Below are positions 29,557-42,912 of a DNA stretch of 52,927 nt, piece after piece. The position numbers were made by a program, and so were the translations under genes. This stretch comes from a bacterium (GTDB lineage Bacteria; Patescibacteriota; Minisyncoccia; UBA6257; GWB1-50-10): assembly GCA_027310365.1 (NCBI GenBank), contig DAIDAY010000003.1, positions 1 through 52,927 of the forward strand. The letters run 5' to 3'. The notes beneath the pieces were generated by a model. It worked only from the letters and a program-made list of their open reading frames with translations. It did no database searches and was not told the DNA's origin. Position 1 is the stretch's first letter; the number at the start of each line of letters is the position of its first letter.

Positions 29557-29742
29557 CTACAATACTATTCTCTGAAGAGCCTGCAGAAACACGAAATCGA
29601 CGATACCGAGGAAGAGCGACAAACCGATGGATAAGCTGATGACAAAAAGGGTGTACCGCACCGTTTCTTCCCTCGTCGGCCAGTTCACTTTTTTCAATTC
29701 CTGCCGGGATTCCTGTATGAAATTGCCGATTTTTTCAAACAT
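29557..29742 (-). CDS. secE: Preprotein translocase subunit SecE
   Basis: ELKKVNWPTREE plus TM helix, immediately upstream of nusG. Confidence 0.95.
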   Translation of the reverse strand: MFEKIGNFIQESRQELKKVNWPTREETVRYTLFVISLSIGLSLFLGIVDFVFLQALQRIVL

Positions 29743-29812
29743 AACGAACGTCTTACTGTACCATGAAAACAACCCTTTTTGCAAGCAGGAATCTCAATTC
29801 CCCGATCAAAGC

Positions 29813-29960
29813 GTCTCGCAGGACGACTTGCCTGCGCAAGCGGGGCGGGCATGGTTGCCTGGAGGGCAGAGCGGGTCCGAGAACGTCCAGCCTTCGCGGC
29901 TGAAGCTGCTTCGGCGGAGCAGGCAGCATGAATTCCTCGGGGAGAATTTGACGGCGTGTT
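29813..29960 (+). repeat. Dispersed repeat family C with an extra hairpin module
   Basis: 5' part matches 21726, 3' part matches 3543-3620. Confidence 0.88.
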
Positions 29961-30137
29961 GAGAAGGAGAATCGCGATGCCTGCTTTTTTGTGGAAACTG
30001 CCGAGCAGACGATAGCCAGGAGCTCCTCATGCTGGCTTTTCAGCCTCACGAGTTCGCCGAGGGTGGGCATTCCTTTGACACCCCGCCCCAACCAGCCGCA
30101 TATCGTGGGAGAGCTCACTTTGGAGAAGTCCCGAACT

Positions 30138-30252
30138 CGCCTCAAAAATCAGTAGGTACTGAATTTTGAGGCGACGGAGTGAAGCTCCGCATATTCCGCT
30201 GCGGATGACGATGAGCGATGATGGAAGCTTCTCTGGGCGAGAGCCGGGGGGA
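30138..30252. repeat. Dispersed repeat family A
   Basis: Matches 23245-23358. Confidence 0.95.
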
Positions 30253-30255
30253 CGC

Positions 30256-30837
30256 TTACGAAAACTTATAGGCGCCTTGGCGCAGGATTTCAATTTTGCC
30301 TTCCTCCAACTTTATTACAGTCGAGGATTTTGATCGCAAGGTTCCACCATCAACGTAGAAGCCGACCCGATCACCAAAATACTTTTTTGCTTCTTGGATA
30401 TTCTTTGCCGGCTTGCCATTTTCTGGGTTGGCGCTTGGCGCAACAAGCGGCCCCGATTTTTTCAGAAATTTCCGAAGCCACTCTGGACGCGGGCACCGGA
30501 AAGCGAGACTGGCGCCTCCTCTCTTCAAGTAACCAAATTTCTTTCCCCCGACGGGCAAAACGACACTCACCGGTCCCGGCCAGATTTTTCTCAGGATCCT
30601 GCGATCCGCAGCAGTCAGGTGAACGTTGAATTTTCCGAGGTCGCGCGGCGAGGAAACGACGATGATAAAAGGCTTTTTCCGATTTCTCCCTTTCAATCGG
30701 TAAATACCGGAAACTGCTTTTTCTGAAAATGCCGATCCGACGACGCCGTATAAAGTATCCGTCGGCATGACGCCAAAGGCGCCACCACGCAAGACGAGCA
30801 CCACGTGGTTACTAAACTCCTTCGGGAATGATTTCAT
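30256..30837 (-). CDS. tsaC: L-threonylcarbamoyladenylate synthase (Sua5/YrdC family)
   Basis: PTDTLYG, LKGR...KP, WPGP, APSAN, STV, LRQG. Confidence 0.93.
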   Translation of the reverse strand: MKSFPKEFSNHVVLVLRGGAFGVMPTDTLYGVVGSAFSEKAVSGIYRLKGRNRKKPFIIVVSSPRDLGKFNVHLTAADRRILRKIWPGPVSVVLPVGGKKFGYLKRGGASLAFRCPRPEWLRKFLKKSGPLVAPSANPENGKPAKNIQEAKKYFGDRVGFYVDGGTLRSKSSTVIKLEEGKIEILRQGAYKFS

Positions 30838-31297
30838 TTTTCTTCACGAACAACACCTTAAAGATAAAAAAGGAGATCGCCGCCAATGCAAGGCCACCGG
30901 CGATATCGGCGGGAGAGTCCGCGCCAACCATAATCAAACCCGCCGCATTGAGAAGAGAAAGGAGGGTAAAAAACATACCCCACTTTTTCCGGAAAATCCA
31001 CAATGCAAACGATATCGTGAAAAAGAAAGCGGCGGAGGCTGAAGGAAAACCAGTGCGGCCGGCGATCACGTCCGCAAGGGGAAAAAGAATGAAGCGCGAA
31101 AGAATACCAATGAAAATAATCTGCAAAAATGCGAGCGTTTTATCTCTTAACCCCTTTTTCTTGACTACGAAAAGAAGAACGCCGATTCCCATAAGGTACG
31201 GGAGATAGTACCCGAAAACGCTGCCGATAAAACTCAGAAGAGCGGACCCTGCCGCTAATCCGCGGAGCCATGAGAAAATTTCTTCGTTGAGATTCAT
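30812..31297 (-). CDS. PAP2-like membrane protein, degenerate active site
   Basis: FPSASA and GADSPADIAGG align loosely to the PAP2 FPSGH and HxxxDxxxG motifs. Confidence 0.55.
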   Translation of the reverse strand: MNLNEEIFSWLRGLAAGSALLSFIGSVFGYYLPYLMGIGVLLFVVKKKGLRDKTLAFLQIIFIGILSRFILFPLADVIAGRTGFPSASAAFFFTISFALWIFRKKWGMFFTLLSLLNAAGLIMVGADSPADIAGGLALAAISFFIFKVLFVKKNEIIPEGV

Positions 31298-31412
31298 CCC
31301 GTTAGAAATAGTACGCCTACATGCCGCTTGATCTGCGTACCTTGTTCTTGACTCCTTCCCTTAATCTTTTACTCACGTTTTTATTATGATTTGCGCACGC
31401 GATTCTAACGGG
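31298..31412. mobile_element. MITE-like element E3 at a start codon
   Basis: AT-cccgttagaa ... ttctaacggg-AT; perfect 10-bp TIR, 115 bp. Confidence 0.8.
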
Positions 31413-31551
31413 ATTCGTACCCTGTAGCACAACGTCGAGTTGTTTATTATCGCAAACAATACACCCTTCAACTCTCAGATCACGTTCAGCGCGGTTGCAC
31501 TCCAGATCAAGCTCCGGCATCGTTGCTCGATGTGTCCCTATGGGACACATC

Positions 31552-31767
31552 TTATTTCCTCACAAATGGCAAAAGGCCCATCACCCTTGCCTGCTTGATG
31601 GCTTTGGCCAGCCGCCGCTGATGCTTCGCGCAGATATGCGTATGTCGCGGATCAATAATTTTAAGTTGGCTGGAAACGAACTTTCTCAGCGTCTCCACAT
31701 CATGATAATCAATCACTCGCGAATTCTGCGAGCAAAAAAAGCACTGTTTTTGGGATAGTTTCGTCAT
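31552..31767 (-). CDS. rpsR: 30S ribosomal protein S18
   Basis: CFFC, IDY.DV..L..F, C.KHQR.L..AIK.AR...LLPF. Confidence 0.96.
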   Translation of the reverse strand: MTKLSQKQCFFCSQNSRVIDYHDVETLRKFVSSQLKIIDPRHTHICAKHQRRLAKAIKQARVMGLLPFVRK

Positions 31768-31773
31768 AATCTT

Positions 31774-32214
31774 TTAAAAGGGAATGTCTTCCGGTTTTAT
31801 TTCGGAGTCCTCCAAATTGATTTCCGGCAACTCTTCTTTCGCGGAGTTTGTCTCTTCGCTCCGCTCTTCCGGCGTGACCGCGCCGCCCGCCCGCTGCCCA
31901 AGCTGCATGCGCTCGGCGACGACCTCGGTTGTCTTCCTCTGCACGCCCTGCTTATCTTGCCACGAACGCGTTTGGAGGTGCCCCTCAATCAAAACGGAGC
32001 TCCCCTTTTTCAGAAACTGGTTCGCAATCTCCGCTTGCCTTCCCCACATCACGATGTTGTGAAACTCGGTTTTTTTCTGGCGCTGCCCGGATCGGTCGGA
32101 AAAGAAACTGTTCGTGGCGACGCCGAACGAACATACCGATTGCCCCCCTGGCGTCTGCCGAAGTTCCGGATCCCGGGTGAGGTTGCCCACTATGAAGACT
32201 TTGTTGAGATTCAT
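31774..32214 (-). CDS. ssb: Single-stranded DNA-binding protein
   Basis: NKV.IVGNLTRDPELR.T, EG.LQTRSW, C-terminal DIPF. Confidence 0.98.
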   Translation of the reverse strand: MNLNKVFIVGNLTRDPELRQTPGGQSVCSFGVATNSFFSDRSGQRQKKTEFHNIVMWGRQAEIANQFLKKGSSVLIEGHLQTRSWQDKQGVQRKTTEVVAERMQLGQRAGGAVTPEERSEETNSAKEELPEINLEDSEIKPEDIPF

Positions 32215-32345
32215 CCTGCGCCTTTAAAGAATCATAGCCGTTCCGGCATATGAATCTTTGTTTTTTGTGTGACCTTTACAATTACTCATGCGATGGATGG
32301 TTTAAACTTTTGTTTTGCTATACCGCAATCCCTTACGAGTGCAGG
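32215..32345. mobile_element. MITE-like element at the ssb start codon
   Basis: AT-cctgcgc ... gtgcagg-AT; short TIR (6/7), 131 bp. Confidence 0.55.
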
Positions 32346-32358
32346 ATTCATGGCCTTC

Positions 32359-32749
32359 TTAATTCAGGATTTCTTCTATTTTCTTTTCCAAGCTTTCATT
32401 CGTCAGGATACCTTCCTCTTTTTTCTTGAACGAGGGCGCATAGGCCGACCGCTCCCGGAACGTCGAAAATTCAGACCGTTCCGCCGTTTTCCGCTCACCC
32501 GCCACGGTAATGATATACCGCAGAGTAAAATTCCCTGAGTTCAGCGTTTCGCGTATCTTTTGGACAGCTTCGGGATTGACGGAGAATTCAATAGTACCCA
32601 AAAACGCGTATGACTCTCTCCGGATCGGGTAGCCGAGCTGCATTTTACGCAATTCTTTCTCAGCGAAGATTTCAACTCCGTTCTTTTGGAGCGCTTCCTT
32701 GACGCCTGCGGTACTTTCGTCCTTCAGCCAAAAGGTTATTTCATATCTT

Positions 32750-32769
<20 letters not shown>
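32359..32769 (-). CDS. rpsF: 30S ribosomal protein S6
   Basis: RYE, L.YPI, LRY; rpsF-ssb-rpsR synteny. Confidence 0.9.
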
Positions 32770-36433
<3,664 letters not shown>

Positions 36434-36440
36434 GGTAGCG

Positions 36441-39400
36441 CTATTCCTCGTTGTCCGTTCGTTCGTCTTCGCGGCCTTTTTCATATTCATAACTTACGTC
36501 GAGTCCGAGTGATTTCATTTCCGAAACCAGAACGTTGAACGAGGCGGGAACGTTCGGTTTCCTGATCTCCTGACCCCTGATGATTGCTTCAAAAGCAGCC
36601 GATCGTCCCAAGACGTCGTCTGACTTTATCGTCAGCATTTCCTGGAGCGTGTGCGCCGCCCCATATCCTTCCAAGGCCCATACTTCCATTTCCCCGAAGC
36701 GCTGTCCGCCGAGGTTCGCCTTTCCGCCCAACGGCTGTTGCGTTATCAGGGAATAAGGGCCCGTCGAGCGCACATGCATCTTGTCTTCCACAAGGTGATT
36801 TAATTTCATGATGTACATGTAGCCTACCGTGATCGGATCGGGAAAGGGCTGCCCCGTAAGGCCGTTGACGACTTTCATTTTCCCACTCGGATGATATCCA
36901 GCCGTCTTCAATTCTTCTTTGATGTCCTCTTCGGTCGCACCGACAAATCCCTGGACGATCGCCCGATAGCCGTGCTTCTTGGCTGCCAAACCGAGACTCA
37001 CTTCCATGATTTGGCCTAAGTTCATTCTGGTCACGACACCCAGCGGATTCAGGACGATGTCCACCGGCGTTCCGTCTTCTAGGTACGGCATGTCTTCAAT
37101 TCTTCTCACTTGGGCAATGACACCTTTGTTGCCGTAGCGGCCCGCCAGCTTGTCGCCGGCTTTTATTTTGCGGAGCTGCGCCACCTCGACTTGTATCTTC
37201 TTGATGATTCCCGGATCGAGCTTGTCGCCCTTGTCGCGGGAGAAAATTTTGATGCCGATAACCCTTCCCTCTTTGCCGTGCGGCAACGTGAGAGAGGTGT
37301 CTTTGATATCGCGCGCCTTCTCGCCGAAAATAGCCCGGAGCAGCCGTTCTTCCGACGTGAGCTCTGACTCGCCCTTCGGCGAAATCTTGCCGACCAGGAT
37401 GTCGTTCGCCCGCACTTCGGCCCCGATCCGGATGATGCCTTCCGCATCGAGGTTCCTCAGTTTTTCTTCCGAAACGTTCGGAATGTCGGGTGTCGTGATT
37501 TCAAGGCCCAGTTTCGTGTCTTTGACGAGGCAGGTATGCGTGTCGATGTACACCGAGGTAAACAAATCCTCGCGGGCGACCTGCTCGGAAATCACGATGG
37601 CGTCTTCGAAGTTCGCGCCGTAGAACGGAACGAATGCGACGAGAAGATTTTTCCCGAGCGCCAAAACGCCGTCCTCCGTCGCCGGACCATCGGCCAAAAC
37701 CATCCCCGGTTTCACCTTGTCGCCCGTAAGTACCCGAGGCTTCTGAGACATACAGGTCGAATTATTGGACCTCTTGAATTTATACAAACGATAAATCTTG
37801 TTCCCCTTTTCCGTTTTGACGGTTATCGAATCCGCATCGACTTCCGAAACGACGCCGGCGGCATCGGCGACGATGACTTGCCCTGAATCTCTGGCTGTTT
37901 TTTCTTCGAGTCCTGTGCAGACGAGCGGCGCTTCCGCCCGGAGCGGCGGCACCGCTTGGCGCTGCATATTGGAGCCCATAAGAACCCTGTTCGCATCATT
38001 GTGTTCCAAAAATGGAATGAGCGACGTCGCGATACTGACCATTTGATTCGTCGAAACGTCGATTAGATCGACTTCGCTGACGGGGCAAGTCGACGGATTG
38101 CCCTTCACTCGCGCCGGAACCACATTCTCCAAAATTCCCCCGTCTTCGCCGATCTTCACGTCGGCCTGCGTAATGTTGTACTTCTCCTCATCAAAAGCGT
38201 TGAGCCATATCAGCTTGTTGGTAATCTTCCCGTTTTCCACCTTGAAGTACGGCGTTTCCAAAAAGCCGAACTCATTGATGCGTGTGCAGATCGCGAACGA
38301 GTTGACGATACCGATGTTGGCGCCTTCCGGCGTTTGTATCGGGCAGATTTTTCCGTAGTACGACAGGTGCACATCCCTGACCTCGAAACCGGCGCGTTCC
38401 CTCGTAAGTCCGCCGGGGCCCATGGAAGATAATCTCCTCTTATGTTCGAGTTCGGCAAGGGGGTTCACTTGATCCATAAACTGGGAAAGCGTCGAAGCCG
38501 CGAAAAAATCTTTCACGACGGACGTCAGGAGCTTATAGTTGACGAGCTGCGCCGGTTGGAGTGTCGAGCGGTCAAGCGTCGACATTTTATCCTGGACGCC
38601 CCTCTTTAATCTCGCGAAACCGATCCGGAGGCGGAGCTGTACCAGCTCGCCGACCGATCTGATTCTCCGATTACCCAGATGGTCGATGTCGTCCGGCCTC
38701 GCGGATAAATCGTTGTTTAACCTGATGATTTCGGCAACCGTCAGGATCAGATCGTCCAAATCCAAAACGCGATTGTCTTTTTTCTGGAGAGCTAATCGTT
38801 GATTGAATTTATAGCGTCCGACGGGACTCAAGTCGTACCGGTCGAATCTCGAAAACATCGGTTCAATGAGAAATTTCGCGTTTTCGAGCGTCGCGAGCTC
38901 TCCGGGACGCAACCGCTTGTAGATTTCCAAGAATGATTCATCCCTCGTTTTTGCTTCATCTTTGCCGAGTGTGACGTCGATGTACTTCAGCTTGCCGGTA
39001 TCAACCCCGGCGAAAGCCTTCCTGATCGCTTCGTTGGTTTCCGCGCCGAATACCCGCAACAGTTCCGTTATCGGAGCTTTTCTCCTCCGATCGATCTTCA
39101 CGGTGATGATGCCGTCGGCTTCCGTTTCGAATTCGAGCCAAGCTCCCCGGTTCGGAATCACTTTCGCGCCGAAAAGCTGCCTTCCCCGCCATACGTTCGA
39201 CGTAAAATAAGCGCCCGGCGAACGGATGATTTGAGAAACGACGACGCGTTCCACGCCGTTCACGATGAACGTCCCCCGCTCAGTCATCACCGGAAAATCG
39301 CCGAGGTATACCTCCTGCACCCTGGTCTCCTTGGTCAACTTGTTCGCCAGCTTAATGTTCGCCCGGAGAGGGACTTCGTAGGTCAAGTCTTTCTCAAGCG

Positions 39401-39617
39401 ACTGCCGTTCCGTGTACTTCGGCTCGTCGAATTTATAATCGAGGAAACTCAACTCTAGTTCGCTCCCGCCGTGATCCTTGATAGGCGATATTTCGTCGAA
39501 GAGTTCGCGGAGGCCTTTTTCCAAAAACCACCGGTATGAGTCGATTTGGATTCCCAGCCAGTTCCCCGGCGCAAACGATGGACCTTTATAGTACGAAAAA
39601 ACTTTTGTTTTCGGCAT
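36441..39617 (-). CDS. rpoB: RNA polymerase beta subunit
   Basis: GTFIVNGVERV, GSNMQRQ, GDKLAGR.GNKG, GGQRFGEME. Confidence 0.99.
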   Translation of the reverse strand: MPKTKVFSYYKGPSFAPGNWLGIQIDSYRWFLEKGLRELFDEISPIKDHGGSELELSFLDYKFDEPKYTERQSLEKDLTYEVPLRANIKLANKLTKETRVQEVYLGDFPVMTERGTFIVNGVERVVVSQIIRSPGAYFTSNVWRGRQLFGAKVIPNRGAWLEFETEADGIITVKIDRRRKAPITELLRVFGAETNEAIRKAFAGVDTGKLKYIDVTLGKDEAKTRDESFLEIYKRLRPGELATLENAKFLIEPMFSRFDRYDLSPVGRYKFNQRLALQKKDNRVLDLDDLILTVAEIIRLNNDLSARPDDIDHLGNRRIRSVGELVQLRLRIGFARLKRGVQDKMSTLDRSTLQPAQLVNYKLLTSVVKDFFAASTLSQFMDQVNPLAELEHKRRLSSMGPGGLTRERAGFEVRDVHLSYYGKICPIQTPEGANIGIVNSFAICTRINEFGFLETPYFKVENGKITNKLIWLNAFDEEKYNITQADVKIGEDGGILENVVPARVKGNPSTCPVSEVDLIDVSTNQMVSIATSLIPFLEHNDANRVLMGSNMQRQAVPPLRAEAPLVCTGLEEKTARDSGQVIVADAAGVVSEVDADSITVKTEKGNKIYRLYKFKRSNNSTCMSQKPRVLTGDKVKPGMVLADGPATEDGVLALGKNLLVAFVPFYGANFEDAIVISEQVAREDLFTSVYIDTHTCLVKDTKLGLEITTPDIPNVSEEKLRNLDAEGIIRIGAEVRANDILVGKISPKGESELTSEERLLRAIFGEKARDIKDTSLTLPHGKEGRVIGIKIFSRDKGDKLDPGIIKKIQVEVAQLRKIKAGDKLAGRYGNKGVIAQVRRIEDMPYLEDGTPVDIVLNPLGVVTRMNLGQIMEVSLGLAAKKHGYRAIVQGFVGATEEDIKEELKTAGYHPSGKMKVVNGLTGQPFPDPITVGYMYIMKLNHLVEDKMHVRSTGPYSLITQQPLGGKANLGGQRFGEMEVWALEGYGAAHTLQEMLTIKSDDVLGRSAAFEAIIRGQEIRKPNVPASFNVLVSEMKSLGLDVSYEYEKGREDERTDNEE

Positions 39618-39649
39618 GTGTTATGGCGCTGCTTTTGCGACGATCGACG

Positions 39650-40666
39650 TTATAAATATTTTGCTTGTTTTTGGCTATTCTCCTGGAGCGTTTTCGAAAA
39701 GAAAACGGTTCCGGAAGCGTTGGAAAAATAGTAGAGGTAGGGCGTTGAAAGAGGCGCGAGGGCGGCTTGAATGGCGCCTCTGCCGGGATTTGCGATCGGC
39801 GTCGGCGTCAAACCGGCAAACGTGTAGGTATTATAAGGGGAATCGATTTTCTTGTCGTTTCCCGTGGGAACAACTGCGGGGCACGTGAGAAGCGTACCGT
39901 TGCACTTCGCGTAACTTAAGGTTGCGTCAACCTGAAGCGGCATGCCGATCGCCAACCGCTTGAGAAGGATGCCCGCCACCGTTTCCCGATCGCTCGCGCT
40001 CGCCACCTCCCGCTCCACGTAAGAAGCGAGAATAAGTCTGTCGTACCAATTTTTTCCATCCACGAGGAACGGCCACGCTTTCAATTCGAAGGTGTCGAGG
40101 AGCGTCCTGACGACATCGGCAGCATTGGCATTGAGATTGAAACTATAGGTATCGGGGAAAAGAAACCCCTCGAGGGAAGTCGCTCCCGCGAGGAATTGGT
40201 ACTGCGGGAAAAGATTTTGAAAATCGAAGTTGATCAAGGAACCCCTCGCAATGACTCCTTTCCCGGAAAGAATGGTGTCGATATCCTTGATGGTGGCACC
40301 CTCGGGTATTTGAACGGTCACGTCGTTCCTGACGCCCGCCGTGAGAATCCCCACGATCTGGGGAACGCTCATAGTGCCAGCCAGTTCGTATATTCCTGGC
40401 TTGAATTTTGTCGCCGAACCGGTCAGGAGTGAATAAATTTTGAAAACGACGATTGATTTTACGAGAGATGCTTGGGAAAGTTTCGCGCCGATTTCCCTGA
40501 AGCCTTCTCCTTTTTCAATGGAAATGCGCGCGGGCGCCATGACGGCAAATGAAGGTTCCAGGCCGTAGAAAAAGTAAGCCACCATAAGAATAAAAATTAA
40601 AAAAATTCCCGAAACGACGAGGAAACGCGAAGCGACTCGTCCTCTTTTATGTAAGGTTGGTTGCAT
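39650..40666 (-). CDS. mltG: Endolytic transglycosylase MltG
   Basis: IPEG, LEGFLFPDTY, AS.VERE, LQVDAT, SPYNTY...GL.PTPI.NPG. Confidence 0.95.
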   Translation of the reverse strand: MQPTLHKRGRVASRFLVVSGIFLIFILMVAYFFYGLEPSFAVMAPARISIEKGEGFREIGAKLSQASLVKSIVVFKIYSLLTGSATKFKPGIYELAGTMSVPQIVGILTAGVRNDVTVQIPEGATIKDIDTILSGKGVIARGSLINFDFQNLFPQYQFLAGATSLEGFLFPDTYSFNLNANAADVVRTLLDTFELKAWPFLVDGKNWYDRLILASYVEREVASASDRETVAGILLKRLAIGMPLQVDATLSYAKCNGTLLTCPAVVPTGNDKKIDSPYNTYTFAGLTPTPIANPGRGAIQAALAPLSTPYLYYFSNASGTVFFSKTLQENSQKQAKYL

Positions 40667-40671
40667 TGGCC

Positions 40672-41751
40672 CTAACGGGATTCGATTTTAATATGTTGGA
40701 TTATACCGATAAGTACGGCGATAGTCAATATACTGGACCCCCCGTAGCTTACAAACGGCAGCGTGATGCCCGTAACCGGGAGGAGGCCGATATTGGCTCC
40801 GGTATTGATGAGTATTTGAGTGAGAAGAACTACGCTTGTCCCGAAAACAAGAAACTTAAAACTGTTGCTTTGGGCCCTCAATCCGATGTGTTCTAATCTA
40901 TAAAAAATGAAGAGAAAAGTCAACAAGAGCACCAGATCGCCGAATAATCCCCATTCCTCGGAGAAAGCGGCGAAAATAAAGTCGGCTTGAGCTTCGGGTA
41001 AAAAGCGGAATTGCGTCTCGGTGCCTTGGCCGAATCCCTTGCCCCAAAAGCCGGCCGAACCGATGGCAATCTTGGCCTGGATGACGTTGTAGTTGATTCC
41101 CAAAGGATCGCTTGCGGGAGAGAGGAAGGCGACGAGACGATCCCTCTGGTAGCCCTTCAGGAAAAAGCTCCACATAACGACAAATACCAGGAGAAAAACA
41201 AGGAGGCCGATGAAAAATCTCTTCTTATTGATGCCGCCGATCAGAATAAAACCGAGCCAAATATATCCCATGATGATGGTAGAACCGAAGTCGGGCTGGA
41301 TGGCCGTCAATGTTGCGGGGAGCAATGTCAAACCGAGCGATTCAAGGAGATACTTCGATCTCCAAGCGGCAACATAACGCCTCGCGAAGAAACCCGCCAG
41401 AACGAGAATGAGGGCGAGTTTCGCAAATTCCGCCGGCTCAAACTGAAGCGAGCCTATTGCGAGCCAGCTCGTGGTTCCGCGGATGAGACGTGATTGGAGA
41501 TCGGAGACGACCAGCATCAGAACGCTGAAAGCGTAAAAGCCGTAGGTAAAAACGGGCCATTGCAAAATCCAGTGCCAATTGATTCGGCTCCCTCCAACGA
41601 TTACCAGGAAACCGATCGCGTACCATATAATCTGCCGCTGGAAGAAGGTTTGGTTGTAGGGGGCCAAGACAACGAGGCTTACGGCCGCGAGAATAACCAA
41701 ACATCCCATCAAGACCCAATCCATTTTTTTCAGGTTATTTACAACATTCAT
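40672..41751 (-). CDS. rodA: SEDS rod-shape-determining protein RodA
   Basis: EPAEFAK, QPDFG, DPLG..YN..Q..IAIGS, PFVSYGGSS. Confidence 0.9.
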   Translation of the reverse strand: MNVVNNLKKMDWVLMGCLVILAAVSLVVLAPYNQTFFQRQIIWYAIGFLVIVGGSRINWHWILQWPVFTYGFYAFSVLMLVVSDLQSRLIRGTTSWLAIGSLQFEPAEFAKLALILVLAGFFARRYVAAWRSKYLLESLGLTLLPATLTAIQPDFGSTIIMGYIWLGFILIGGINKKRFFIGLLVFLLVFVVMWSFFLKGYQRDRLVAFLSPASDPLGINYNVIQAKIAIGSAGFWGKGFGQGTETQFRFLPEAQADFIFAAFSEEWGLFGDLVLLLTFLFIFYRLEHIGLRAQSNSFKFLVFGTSVVLLTQILINTGANIGLLPVTGITLPFVSYGGSSILTIAVLIGIIQHIKIESR

Positions 41752-41778
41752 GGTATTGAGATCGCATGTGACTGCGCA

Positions 41779-41893
41779 CAAACGCGCTATGCTCAATCTC
41801 GGCGAGAGATTTGGCCGCTCGCTCTCCCGCCGGTCCGCGGACCGGCGGGAGCCATGTCCGCCCCGCTTGCGCAGGCAAGCCGTCCTGCGAGAT
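41779..41893 (-). repeat. Dispersed repeat family C
   Basis: Reverse complement of the 21726 element with a different internal hairpin (ctcccgccggtccgcggaccggcgggag). Confidence 0.88.
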
Positions 41894-41945
41894 AGTTTGT
41901 TGAACGGTCAAATGCGATCCCACTTCATTTTAAACGAATAACCAA

Positions 41946-42086
41946 GAAAATCCACGATATTCTCCGGCAGTTCTCGGAGGTGAGTGAGCTTGGTTCTCGG
42001 GAAAGAGGTCACAAGCCGAGAGCGCAGGGTGACGCTTGCCGCTGAAGCAAGCGAACGACCGGTGCCGGAGAGTATCGTGGATTTTC
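41946..42086. mobile_element. Element with 24-bp TIR enclosing repeat module F
   Basis: gaaaatccacgatattctccggca ... tgccggagagtatcgtggattttc (23/24); core matches 47454-47555 and 51749-51853. Confidence 0.85.
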
Positions 42087-42088
42087 AC

Positions 42089-42871
42089 TCACTCTCCTGG
42101 TGATAAGAAGACTTGAGTCTTGACAGCGGCTAAATCGGTTCCGGCAAAGATGCTGGTCGGGAAATAAACCGAGAAGCTGGAGGTTGCAAAGCTCGCCAAA
42201 CTATTCAAGGTTGTATGGCCGGCGAAAATAGGATTGCCGTATTTATCGAGGATAAAGGCAACAACATCGACGGAGGGAACGCTGAAGGCGCTTCCATTTT
42301 GAACGATGCCGGAAACTTGGATCGCGTTGGTTGTCGTCGAAAGGGAAGGCCCTGTCGGCAGCGAAAGACTCGGCACAAGGAAATCGGAAGACCGCGTCCA
42401 CGATTCTCCTCCCAGGAGTCGAACCTCGGCATTCGATATTTTTCCAATGACATCCGAGGCGCCGTCATATTCGACAACGACATACTTCGATTCGCCCGGC
42501 ATCACGCCGCTCGAACCGTCCACGATCCCCACGGAGTTCCCGCTCTCATCAGAAAACGAAACGGAGTAAGGGAAACTCTGGAGTCCCAAATCCACATTGG
42601 CGTTCACGAAATTCACCACTGCGAACGCTTTTCCCAGATCGGCAGTTTTGAAAATCTGAGGCGTTCCCTGCATGCCGAGCGGCTTTGCATTCTTCAAATA
42701 GCAGGGAATGCAAGGTCCGCCACAGTCGACTCCGGTTTCCCCCTGATTCTGGATATTGTCGAAACAAGAGGGAGCGGGAGTGAATTTCGGCGCAAGGATC
42801 AAAAATAAAATCAAACCCACTATGATCACATAGGAAAAACCGTATATCAATTGTTTCGTGTTGCGAGACAT
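42089..42871 (-). CDS. Membrane-anchored hypothetical protein with Cys-rich motif and probable Ig-like domains
   Basis: TM helix followed by SCFDNIQNQGETGVDCGGPCIPC; beta-rich remainder. Confidence 0.8.
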   Translation of the reverse strand: MSRNTKQLIYGFSYVIIVGLILFLILAPKFTPAPSCFDNIQNQGETGVDCGGPCIPCYLKNAKPLGMQGTPQIFKTADLGKAFAVVNFVNANVDLGLQSFPYSVSFSDESGNSVGIVDGSSGVMPGESKYVVVEYDGASDVIGKISNAEVRLLGGESWTRSSDFLVPSLSLPTGPSLSTTTNAIQVSGIVQNGSAFSVPSVDVVAFILDKYGNPIFAGHTTLNSLASFATSSFSVYFPTSIFAGTDLAAVKTQVFLSPGE

Positions 42872-42912
42872 AGCAGGGAACGCCTCAAAAATCAAAGCTC
42901 AAAATGCAACGT

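Noticed and set aside
29753-30293. ORFs sharing peptides with ORFs at 21613, 23179 and 41735
   Set aside because: The similarity is due to DNA repeats A and C, not a protein family.
31317-31550. 77-aa Cys-containing ORF
   Set aside because: It starts inside a palindrome and runs into element E3; probably incidental.
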